A stretch of DNA of 32,000 nucleotides, taken from NCBI RefSeq assembly GCF_000025925.1, contig NC_014033.1, positions 2,430,001 to 2,462,000 on the forward strand, in the 5' to 3' direction. The notes beneath the pieces are model-generated. The model searched no databases, had not been told where the DNA came from, and saw nothing but the letters and a program-made list of their open reading frames with translations. Made by a program: the position numbers and the translations under genes. This document shows positions 25,201 through 32,000 of the stretch, in pieces. The first letter of the stretch is position 1. Each line of letters opens with the position of its first letter. The stretch is from Xylanibacter ruminicola 23. GTDB taxonomy: Bacteria > Bacteroidota > Bacteroidia > Bacteroidales > Bacteroidaceae.

Positions 25201-28200
25201 GCCTTCGACTCGCCATGCTGCAAATCCTTCACCACCATATCGAGCGACTGCTCGTTGTTCTCAACCAACTGGGGCTGTGAGGGGTCGGTAACACGACTGA
25301 TGCCTGGGGGCAACACGTAGTTAACGGGTGTTTTATCGTTGTTCTCCTCGATATTCACGGCACTCACCTCGATGGTTCCACCCTCGGCACCTGTGCCTAA
25401 GCTCTGCTTATATACGCGCCACTTGCCACGTACCAGGTCGAGCGAACCGAAACGCAATACGATAGGCTTCTGGAAGCCCGTCATAAACATACGCATAAAG
25501 CGCACACTGGTAAAATCGCTGATGCTACCCACCTTGCGTTCGTACTCGGTAAGGGGGATGCGGAACTGGTACCAGTTAACGCTGGTGGTATCGCCGTTAC
25601 GCAACTTGACCCTGCTGGTACGCATATCGGTGATAAAGCAATCGGCAGGGGGCACACCATTACGGTAGGCTTCGAGTATCTCGGGACTGATACGCACCTT
25701 GTACTGGTAGTAGCGCTCGTACTCGTTCAGGGTGTAGTCCTGGTTGATATCCTCAACATCGGGACCGCTCTTATAGCTGGTATCGTAACTCTCGGTCTGG
25801 TCCTCGGTCTCGGGTGAGTTGCCCTGAGGGTTGTTGATACGCTTGTAGCGTTCGAGGATGCTCTTGCGCTCGTTGTCGAAATCGGTGCCACGATAGTAGT
25901 GATAATCGTCGCCTGCAGGGTCCTGTAGCCAGGCCTGTAGGGTGCTGTCGTTGGTTACCACACCACTCACAGCATTCAACCAATCGTGGTAGGCACCATA
26001 CTGTTGCTCCTCTTCATCCGTTAATCCATTGTAACCCACATCCTGCTTTTTACGCGAGCCGGTGGTGGTAGCAAAAGCATAGGTCTGGGTGGCCTGCACG
26101 GGTATCTTTCCCCACTGAGTGGTGGTAAAATTGTTACTGCCATCCACGGGCATGCCGCTCTCGTAGAATTTCTTGCCATCGCGCAGGATATCCTCGGATA
26201 TCTCACCCAGGTTAAAATACAGGTCGCCAGCATAATCCGAAGCCCTACCCTGCTCGCGGGTATAGATGAACGGATCGAGCAACCAGAACTCGATATACTC
26301 GATGTTGGCCTGCTCAAAGTCGTTGGTATCAATCTTACGCATCATACCGCCCCACTTGGTTTCGGGCTGTTGCAGGGTACCATCGCTGTTAAGTCCCAAC
26401 GAGAGGTTGTAAGGACCACGCTCCTGGGGGTAGTAAGCCAGGTTAAGAATGGGCAGTGTTGAGGTGGCGCCATTATAGGTACTTTGGTCGCGGTTAGGAT
26501 ACAGTTCCTTGACGTACACCTCGCGCACATAGTGGTTGGAAAGCTGATTCAGGTCGCTCTTGATATGGGCAGGGGTGAGCGTAGAACTGCGACGGGTAAA
26601 GATGGGATCGACATTATACCACGCCAACAAGGCACGGTTATAACCACTCGAAACACCGGTCTTATCAGCACTCTCCACAAACATCGAGGGCACACTCGAG
26701 AGTGTCCACTCCTTGGGGTTGCTCATATCCAGATAGCTCTTGGTATTCTCGAAATCATCCACATACGAGGCGTTGTCCTGCGTGCCACGGGCACGACCGG
26801 CTATCAACTGGGCAAACTCGCCTGTAAACGAGATGTGCGAGGGTTCTTTTACATGCAGGAAAGGTATCTTATTGAGCATGGTAGTGAGCCACTGACTCTC
26901 CTGTTTCCAGTTTACGCTCAGACCCCAGATGGTGTTGCTCAAGGGTTCCTCACCCATGGTTACCTTCGAGGTAAGTGCCTGCTCGCTCAGGTGCATCAGT
27001 GTACCACCGATAGTGAGACTCTTGGAGAGTTCGTACTCCCAGTTGACGCCTAACATGGTTTTGCGCTGCATACCGTATTCGGTATCCGACTCGAGCGACA
27101 CGTTCACGTTGGTGCCCGCATCGATGATGCTCTGGTTCAGGATGGTTACCTCGCCAGCCGAATAATCTACCGAATAATCGGAACCTTCGGTCAGCACCAT
27201 GCCACCTGCCGTAACCACCACCGAGCCGTGAGGCACGTTCATGGCACCTAACGAGATGACATTGGCCGACGAGCCTTTATACTGGCCCACCAGCATATAC
27301 TTATCCTTCTCGGCAATCAGCTTGGCCACCGTCTTGGTTGAGTCGTACAGTTCGCTGAACACGTACTTCTCGGCCTCGGATGCGGGCAAACCGTTCTTCT
27401 TCAACTGCTGGCGCAGGTAGTCACCAAAGGGTTCGGCAGAAGGCAGGAACACACGACCATCGCTTATGGTGTAGCCCTCAACAAAGTCGAAGTAGCCATT
27501 AGAATGCAGTTTATTGTTATTATCCAGGCGATCGCAACCCAGCATCTTCAGGAGCGTTGTGTTTTTCACACGCTGATCGGGGATATAGGTGAGATACACA
27601 CCTGCGGTATCGCTCTGGAACTTGATGTCCAGACGGAACTTGGTTTTCTCGACCTTCGAAGCCAGATAATACACGTTTTTCATCATCAGCTTCCAGTTGG
27701 ATTGCGAAGGATTATTCGAGGTATTCTTCAGCGACTTCACAAAGAGTGCCTTGGAGGTCTCGGTAATATCTGCGGCAAACTCGCCCACCTTATAGGTCAC
27801 ACCACCCAAAGTAAACTCGTAAGCCACGGCCAGCACCTGATCGGTCTGGAGTCCGCTCTTCAGTGAGATATAACCCAAGGCCTTGTTAACGGTGTATTCG
27901 GACGAGGTGAGTAAGCGGGCACTGGCCAGTTTCTCGTAGTCGCGCCCACTCTCAAAATCGGGCATACCAGCCAGCACACTATTGGTCTGGTCGATATCAC
28001 GCGCATCGGCATACTGGGTAGTCAGGGTGTTATACAGGTTGTTAGCGGCATTATCAGGCACACGCTGCGAACCCTCACCCAAGTCGGTTACCGCCACAAT
28101 GTTACGGGTATTCGAGGTGGTGCCGGTCTTATTGGTTACCCAAATCTCCACACGGGTTATCTCGATACCGGTAGTGAGGTTTGGCAGGGTGCTCATGGCC

Positions 28201-29060
28201 TGATCGTAGCGGTTGCGGAAGTAATGCGACAAGAAGAAGTGACGGTTCTCCTCGTAATCGGCCACATCGAGTTCGAAAGCAGTGGTCTGTGTGCCACCTT
28301 TCGATGAGACGCTCTTGGATGATGATTTCTTCTGCGAGAGCACGGTCTGGAGTTTCAGTCGTCCGAACTGCATATCGGTACGCACACCAAACAAACTGCT
28401 GGCACCTTTTACCAACGAGTTGTTACTGGGGAAGGTGATGTTACCAGCCTCGACCAGTTTAATAATCTCGTCCTCCTTACCCTCGTACTTCAATTTCAGG
28501 TTCTGGGCATCGAAATCAAACGTGGCATCGGTATTGTAGTTCAGGTTCATGTTCACCTTATCGCCCACCTTTCCGTTCAGGTTCAGATTCACCTTCTCGT
28601 CGAAATCAAACGAGGTAGTTTTACGGTTACGGATGGGCAATGAGGGGTTATCAATCTTCTTGATGTTACCACCAATCTTCAGTTCGGCGGTACCCTGGGT
28701 TTTGATACGCACACCACCAGGACCGAAAATCTTCTCGGCCGGTCCCAGGTCGAAGTGCATATCCATCAGGTCGAACTTATCCTTACCAGCGTTCTGGGTG
28801 TTCTCTTCGTTTTTCTTGTGAAAGAAATCGTGCAAGGCACGTTTCTCAACATACTGACGATACTCCTCGGGTGTCATCAGCGTGGGCACACTCAGGTACG
28901 AATCGCCCATCTTCTGTCCGATGTAATAAACGTTCAGCGAATCGTTATACTCCACCGTTTCGCGGATATTGTCGGGTGTCTTCAGGTAGTTCTTCGTCTG
29001 CGCATGCGCCCCCGCGCACGCGAACAAAGCCACCATCAACAATCCAACAATCCGCTTCAT
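22203..29060 (-). CDS. sprA: Type IX secretion system translocon / gliding protein SprA (Sov)
   Basis: ORF of about 2285 aa with a signal peptide (MKRIVGLLMVALFACAGAHAQ) and a beta-rich composition. Its size and its position next to ruvA are typical of Bacteroidetes sprA. I use the ATG at 29060 because the track's start at 29066 is a TTG. Confidence 0.85.
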   Translation of the reverse strand: MKRIVGLLMVALFACAGAHAQTKNYLKTPDNIRETVEYNDSLNVYYIGQKMGDSYLSVPTLMTPEEYRQYVEKRALHDFFHKKNEENTQNAGKDKFDLMDMHFDLGPAEKIFGPGGVRIKTQGTAELKIGGNIKKIDNPSLPIRNRKTTSFDFDEKVNLNLNGKVGDKVNMNLNYNTDATFDFDAQNLKLKYEGKEDEIIKLVEAGNITFPSNNSLVKGASSLFGVRTDMQFGRLKLQTVLSQKKSSSKSVSSKGGTQTTAFELDVADYEENRHFFLSHYFRNRYDQAMSTLPNLTTGIEITRVEIWVTNKTGTTSNTRNIVAVTDLGEGSQRVPDNAANNLYNTLTTQYADARDIDQTNSVLAGMPDFESGRDYEKLASARLLTSSEYTVNKALGYISLKSGLQTDQVLAVAYEFTLGGVTYKVGEFAADITETSKALFVKSLKNTSNNPSQSNWKLMMKNVYYLASKVEKTKFRLDIKFQSDTAGVYLTYIPDQRVKNTTLLKMLGCDRLDNNNKLHSNGYFDFVEGYTISDGRVFLPSAEPFGDYLRQQLKKNGLPASEAEKYVFSELYDSTKTVAKLIAEKDKYMLVGQYKGSSANVISLGAMNVPHGSVVVTAGGMVLTEGSDYSVDYSAGEVTILNQSIIDAGTNVNVSLESDTEYGMQRKTMLGVNWEYELSKSLTIGGTLMHLSEQALTSKVTMGEEPLSNTIWGLSVNWKQESQWLTTMLNKIPFLHVKEPSHISFTGEFAQLIAGRARGTQDNASYVDDFENTKSYLDMSNPKEWTLSSVPSMFVESADKTGVSSGYNRALLAWYNVDPIFTRRSSTLTPAHIKSDLNQLSNHYVREVYVKELYPNRDQSTYNGATSTLPILNLAYYPQERGPYNLSLGLNSDGTLQQPETKWGGMMRKIDTNDFEQANIEYIEFWLLDPFIYTREQGRASDYAGDLYFNLGEISEDILRDGKKFYESGMPVDGSNNFTTTQWGKIPVQATQTYAFATTTGSRKKQDVGYNGLTDEEEQQYGAYHDWLNAVSGVVTNDSTLQAWLQDPAGDDYHYYRGTDFDNERKSILERYKRINNPQGNSPETEDQTESYDTSYKSGPDVEDINQDYTLNEYERYYQYKVRISPEILEAYRNGVPPADCFITDMRTSRVKLRNGDTTSVNWYQFRIPLTEYERKVGSISDFTSVRFMRMFMTGFQKPIVLRFGSLDLVRGKWRVYKQSLGTGAEGGTIEVSAVNIEENNDKTPVNYVLPPGISRVTDPSQPQLVENNEQSLDMVVKDLQHGESKAVYRNMNLDLRQYKHMQMFVHANHLVPDATQLQNGQLAVFVRMGSDYKNNYYEYEIPLQLTPDRSDYSKYATADRRMVWPEENMLDINLDVFTKLKKARNQAKAQGIGSFNQVYSEPDPRKPNNTVRVQGNPTLGEVKVMMIGVRNISDQVKSGEVWVNELRLMDANNNGGWAASGTMNVQLSDFGTVNLSGRYISDGFGGLEESVMQRSTDTQKEYSFTAQLELGKFFPDKAKVSAPLYYSVSHEEVRPRYNPLDSDMRLSDALESAANQHERDSIESIAVTKTRNTNFALSNLRWGLKTKRHPMPYDPANFSFSYSHAHRNTSGKTTVYEREDQWRGALNYAYSPVYKTWEPFKKLKGKSKWLNFPKSIGLNYLPQSISFNTEMTRNYYELQERDLESLENQNLPLTFSEQFLWNRDFSLRWDFTKNLHFTFQSATRAEIEEPYTPINKDLYPDQYVAWKDSVKQSIRNWGTPLDYQQQVTASYQFPLNKLPIFDWVNADASYSGRYTWVRGTELEDGTSLGNTITSNRQVNMNVALNFVTLYNHIPALQKANKSNKGPLRVLMMLRSMNISYRTQYSMLLPGFMPNVGDMLGQNRTDGLLTPGLDFAFGLMGDGYIDKALGRNWLLQNESVSTPANINTSKDLQIKAVLEPIRDLKIDLTASRTDTRAKSVQYMYDGMPTTLSGTFNITTISLRGALAGMGNANNGYRSAAFDHFRELIPEFQQRVGEEYSPQVLIPAFLSAYTSGAGKSLAIFPSLARLLPNWSVRYGGLSKLAWVKEHLKSLNLNHAYKSIYSVGSYVNTSYSTVSINEAFSPLLGVDATFQNDLTAKLEYRTTRVLNLSMTSIQLNESLSKDWVVGLAYKIRDFNLFGAKGNRTISKAQNPRKKNAGDSQNVQNTKLQVQSRKTGVNHDLNLRLDISLRKQAAITRDIATGVSSASSGNSAFKLSFMADYTLSRLLTLTAYYDTQTNTPLLSSNSYPTTTHDFGLSMKFSLTR

Positions 29061-29063
29061 ATC

Positions 29064-29071
29064 CAAAGATA
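29064..29071 (-). promoter_or_regulatory. -7 box TATCTTTG 3 nt before the sprA ATG
   Basis: The minus strand reads TATCTTTGgatATG. Confidence 0.45.
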
Positions 29072-29074
29072 AAT

Positions 29075-29148
29075 GGCACGAATTACACGAATTTCACGAA
29101 TTTATGTCGCGAATATAATTATTCGTGTTAATTCGTGTAATTCGTGCC
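29075..29148. repeat. Long imperfect palindrome built from three CACGAAT(T) units per arm, between ruvA and sprA
   Basis: ggcacgaattacacgaatt at 29075-29093 is the exact reverse complement of aattcgtgtaattcgtgcc at 29130-29148. A third cacgaat/attcgtg pair extends the arms with a bulge. Confidence 0.8.
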
Positions 29149-29156
29149 TATATTTA

Positions 29157-29759
29157 TTACTTGATTTGCTTAAGGGCGAGCTTAACAACCTCCTCAACGG
29201 GAGCGTTGGGGTTAGCCTGGAGGATCTGGAGCACCACCTTCTGGGTGGGGGCTGGGGCAAAACCAAGCATGGTGAGTGCTGCGATAGCCTCGTCCTTTAC
29301 CTGGTTGTTTACCGGTGCCGCTATCTGTCCACCTGCCGGTATCTCGTCCGAGATACCCAACGTTACTATCTTATCCCTCAGATCAACGATGATACGCTGG
29401 GCCGTCATCTTACCAATGCCCTTAATGCCCTGTATCAACTTGGCATTGCCCATTGAAATGGCATTACAAAGCTCGGCCACACTCATGCCCGAGAGCATCA
29501 TACGCGCTGTGTTGGCACCCACACCACTCACGGTTATCAACAACAGGAACATCTCGCGCTCCTTCTTGTTTACAAAGCCAAACAACACGTGCGCATCCTC
29601 GCGAATAGCCTCGTAAACATAGAGTTTTACCTCCTTCTTTCCCTGGATGGCACTGAATGTATTCAGTGATATGTTCAGACCGTAGCCTACACCACATGCC
29701 TCGACAGTTGCTAAAGCGGGAGTCAACTCGGTCAGTTCTCCCTTAATGTATTCAATCAT
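29157..29759 (-). CDS. ruvA: Holliday junction branch migration complex subunit RuvA
   Basis: 200-aa [38 protein letters not shown].. with ..[18 protein letters not shown].. and [14 protein letters not shown] HhH motifs. Confidence 0.9.
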   Translation of the reverse strand: MIEYIKGELTELTPALATVEACGVGYGLNISLNTFSAIQGKKEVKLYVYEAIREDAHVLFGFVNKKEREMFLLLITVSGVGANTARMMLSGMSVAELCNAISMGNAKLIQGIKGIGKMTAQRIIVDLRDKIVTLGISDEIPAGGQIAAPVNNQVKDEAIAALTMLGFAPAPTQKVVLQILQANPNAPVEEVVKLALKQIK

Positions 29760-29910
29760 AAACTTACTATTTTGTATATATACATCTAAATAAACGTAGA
29801 AACCTTACAATTTATTGTATTTTAAGGCAAGAAAGTTTCAATTCGTCACAAATTGAAAGTTTTTAGATAATTTTCACGTCAGATAGTTACGTAATTCGAG
29901 ATAAAAGCAT

Positions 29911-29918
29911 TACTTTTG
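29911..29918 (+). promoter_or_regulatory. -7 box TACTTTTG for ddh-purN
   Basis: It lies 43 nt upstream of the ATG at 29962. Confidence 0.5.
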
Positions 29919-29961
29919 CAACCGCAAACATAGAAATAATCATCAAAAGAATAAATAAAAC

Positions 29962-30861
29962 ATGAAGAAAATCAGAGCAGCCGTAGTAGGTTACGGCAAC
30001 ATCGGTAAGTATGCGCTTGAGGCTCTCGAGACCGCTCCCGACTTTGAAGTAGCTGGTATCGTGCGTCGTAATGGCGCTGAGAACAAGCCCGCCGAGCTGG
30101 CACAGTATGAGGTTGTGAAGGATATCCGCGACCTGAAGGATGTAGATGTAGCTATCCTCGCTACCCCAACACGTAGCTGTGAGGAGTATGCTAACCAGAT
30201 TCTGCCATTGGGCATTAACACTGTTGACTCTTTCGATATCCACACACAGATTCGTGGCTATCGTGAGCGTCTGATGAAGCTGAACAAAGAGACAAACACC
30301 GTTAGTGTGATTGCCGCAGGATGGGATCCAGGTTCTGATTCAATCGTACGCACCCTGATGCAGAGCTTGGCTCCAAAGGGTCTGAGCTACACCAACTTCG
30401 GTCCTGGTATGTCGATGGGCCACAGTGTATGCGTACGTTCTAAGGAGGGTGTTAAGAATGCACTGAGCATGACTATCCCCTTGGGCGAGGGTATCCACCG
30501 CCGTATGGTATATGTAGAGCTGGAAGAGGGCGCTAAGCTCGAAGAGGTAACAAAGGCTATCAAGGCCGATCCTTACTTCGCTTCTGACGAGACTCACGTG
30601 TTCCAGGTAGAGAGCGTTGACGACGTTCGCGATATGGGACATGGTGTAAACCTGGTACGCAAGGGTGTGAGCGGTAAGACTCAGAACCAGCGTCTGGAAT
30701 TCAACATGAGCATTAACAACCCTGCACTCACTGGTCAGGTTCTGGTAAACGTTGCTCGTGCCTCTATGCGTCTGCAACCCGGATGCTACACAATGGTAGA
30801 GATTCCTGTCATTGATATGCTGCCTGGTGACCGTGCCGACCTTATTGAGCATCTCGTATAA
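29962..30861 (+). CDS. ddh: meso-Diaminopimelate D-dehydrogenase
   Basis: 299-aa ORF MKKIRAAVVGYGNIGKYALEAL.. with ..AAGWDPGSDS..GPGMSMGHS.. The length and motifs are typical of Bacteroidetes Ddh. Confidence 0.85.
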   Translation: MKKIRAAVVGYGNIGKYALEALETAPDFEVAGIVRRNGAENKPAELAQYEVVKDIRDLKDVDVAILATPTRSCEEYANQILPLGINTVDSFDIHTQIRGYRERLMKLNKETNTVSVIAAGWDPGSDSIVRTLMQSLAPKGLSYTNFGPGMSMGHSVCVRSKEGVKNALSMTIPLGEGIHRRMVYVELEEGAKLEEVTKAIKADPYFASDETHVFQVESVDDVRDMGHGVNLVRKGVSGKTQNQRLEFNMSINNPALTGQVLVNVARASMRLQPGCYTMVEIPVIDMLPGDRADLIEHLV

Positions 30862-31428
30862 ATGAACATTGCGATTTTCGTATCAGGTGGCGGTACCAAC
30901 TGCGAAAACCTGATTAAATATTTTGCTGGCTCCGAGAACGTGAATTGCGCTCTCGTAGTCAGCAATAAGTTTGATGCCTACGCATTGGTTCGTGCCGAGC
31001 GTTTGAATGTGCCAACAGCTGTAACACCTAAAGCCGAACTGAACGACCCTAAAATAATGCTACCTCTGCTGAAGAAGTACAACATCGATTTTATCGTATT
31101 AGCAGGCTTTCTGCCATTGGTTCCCAGTTTTCTGATAGATGCCTATCCACATCGTATCATCAACATCCACCCTGCCCTATTGCCCAAGTACGGCGGCAAA
31201 GGAATGTGGGGCCACCACGTGCACGAGGCAGTAAAAGCTGCTGGCGAGACCGAGACGGGTATGACAGTACACTGGGTAACGCCTGTATGCGATTCAGGTG
31301 AGATTATCGCCCAATACAAGGTTGCCATCTCTCCCAATGACACTGTAGATGACATCGCCGAGAAAGAGCACCAACTGGAAATGAAATACTTCCCCAAGGT
31401 TGTTGAGGAAGTATTAAACAATCTGTAA
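30862..31428 (+). CDS. purN: Phosphoribosylglycinamide formyltransferase
   Basis: The 188-aa ORF reads MNIAIFVSGGGTN..FIVLAGFL..IINIHPALLPKYGGKGMWGHHVHEAV..TGMTVHWV. Confidence 0.9.
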   Translation: MNIAIFVSGGGTNCENLIKYFAGSENVNCALVVSNKFDAYALVRAERLNVPTAVTPKAELNDPKIMLPLLKKYNIDFIVLAGFLPLVPSFLIDAYPHRIINIHPALLPKYGGKGMWGHHVHEAVKAAGETETGMTVHWVTPVCDSGEIIAQYKVAISPNDTVDDIAEKEHQLEMKYFPKVVEEVLNNL

Positions 31429-31434
31429 AGTTAT

Positions 31435-31464
31435 AAAGTCCGTTGTTACTCTACAGCGGACTTT
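31435..31464. terminator. Possible shared hairpin between the convergent purN and lpd genes
   Basis: AAAGTCCG (31435-31442) pairs with CGGACTTT (31457-31464). The hairpin overlaps the last lpd codons and the flanking U-tracts are weak. Confidence 0.35.
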
Positions 31465-32000
31465 AATATTTCTGACAGTGTGGGATGGATATGTACCATA
31501 TCGGCGAGTTCGGCGATTGTGGTATGTTTGCACATCAGCACGCTCACCTCCTGTACAATATCAGCCGAATGGGCGCCATAGGCATGACAACCTAAGATGG
31601 CACCATCAGCAGGTGACACGAACAACTTCAACATACCCTCTGTTTCGCCCATCGCCAAAGCCTTACCATTGGCACGCCAGAACGACTTTCTGCACTCATA
31701 AGCAATACCTTCGGCTTTGAGCTGGTCTTCGGTTGGACCCACACAAGCGGCTTCGGGCTGTGTAAAGATGGCCGCAGGCATGATATCAAAACGGATATTG
31801 TCGGGTTTGCCGATAATCTGATTCACCACATGGATGGCCTGCATCTCAGCGGCATGAGCCAGCATCTGCTTGCCATTTACATCGCCAATAGCGAAGATGC
31901 CATTAACGGTAGTCTTGAAGTGATCATCTACGGTAACGCCTTTGCGCTCATCGAACTCAATACCAGCATTGGCAAAGTCAGCCTGCACACGAGGTTTTCT
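31446..32000 (-). CDS. lpdA: Dihydrolipoyl dehydrogenase-type flavoprotein disulfide reductase, C-terminal part (the 5' end is beyond the right edge)
   Basis: ..GIFAIGDVNGKQMLAHAAEMQA.. and the dimerisation-domain signature ..MVHIHPTLSE.. are present. The frame stays open to base 32000. Confidence 0.8.
   Translation of the reverse strand, partial: RKPRVQADFANAGIEFDERKGVTVDDHFKTTVNGIFAIGDVNGKQMLAHAAEMQAIHVVNQIIGKPDNIRFDIMPAAIFTQPEAACVGPTEDQLKAEGIAYECRKSFWRANGKALAMGETEGMLKLFVSPADGAILGCHAYGAHSADIVQEVSVLMCKHTTIAELADMVHIHPTLSEILKSAVE

Noticed and set aside
22461-29072. Many long plus-strand ORFs inside sprA (e.g. 23022-23654, 24579-25280, 26484-27053, 28755-29072)
   Set aside because: They lie antisense to a continuous 2285-codon ORF and have skewed, low-complexity composition (H/V/L/G-rich). 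These are typical shadow ORFs.
29832-29862. Hairpin TTTCAATT-cgtcaca-AATTGAAA in the ruvA/ddh divergent region as a terminator
   Set aside because: No gene ends upstream of it on either strand, since both flanking genes are transcribed away from it. It may be regulatory, but I have no supporting evidence.

Overview
This window looks like Bacteroidales chromosome, probably Prevotella-like. I infer that from recurring TAnnTTTG -7 promoter boxes, a T9SS sprA gene, HU-like and 'smalltalk' genes, and the absence of Shine-Dalgarno sites. All family names come from motifs I recognise by eye; no searches were run.

Layout:
- (A) 1-6289, minus strand: an AT-richer operon-like block of Ter-family genes. 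It holds a TerB-like fusion protein, three TerD paralogs, three TerY-type vWA paralogs (the last with a Cys-rich TerY-C tail and cut by the left edge) and a private 4-TM protein. No TerC is present.
- (B) 6290-6860: a 570-bp divergent intergenic region containing a GC-rich, stem-rich stretch of about 390 nt directly downstream of a good minus-strand promoter. This is a candidate structured leader or ncRNA.
- (C) 6862-9468: small accessory genes. They are an internally duplicated 302-aa protein, an intact MNT nucleotidyltransferase whose HEPN partner is truncated to 39 codons, a conserved GSNxxGxHGxGAA protein, a 33-aa 'smalltalk'-type peptide and an HU-like protein with a Gly/Asn/Thr repeat tail.
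- (D) 9675-15723: a 174-bp element with perfect 23-bp terminal inverted repeats and an AT-only palindrome. It is followed by five uncharacterised genes, a VirE_N/P-loop primase-helicase-like gene and an M15 peptidase. A third copy of the repeat core and two heptamer arrays are also here.
- (E) 15716-32000: ordinary core genes. These are a CE1-type esterase, acyl-CoA dehydrogenase plus etfBA, a TorF-like porin, a DMT protein, sprA, ruvA, ddh, purN and part of lpd.

I found no rRNA, tRNA, CRISPR array, integrase or transposase. The most interesting candidates are the non-canonical Ter/vWA locus with its structured upstream RNA, and the repeat-bracketed primase module.
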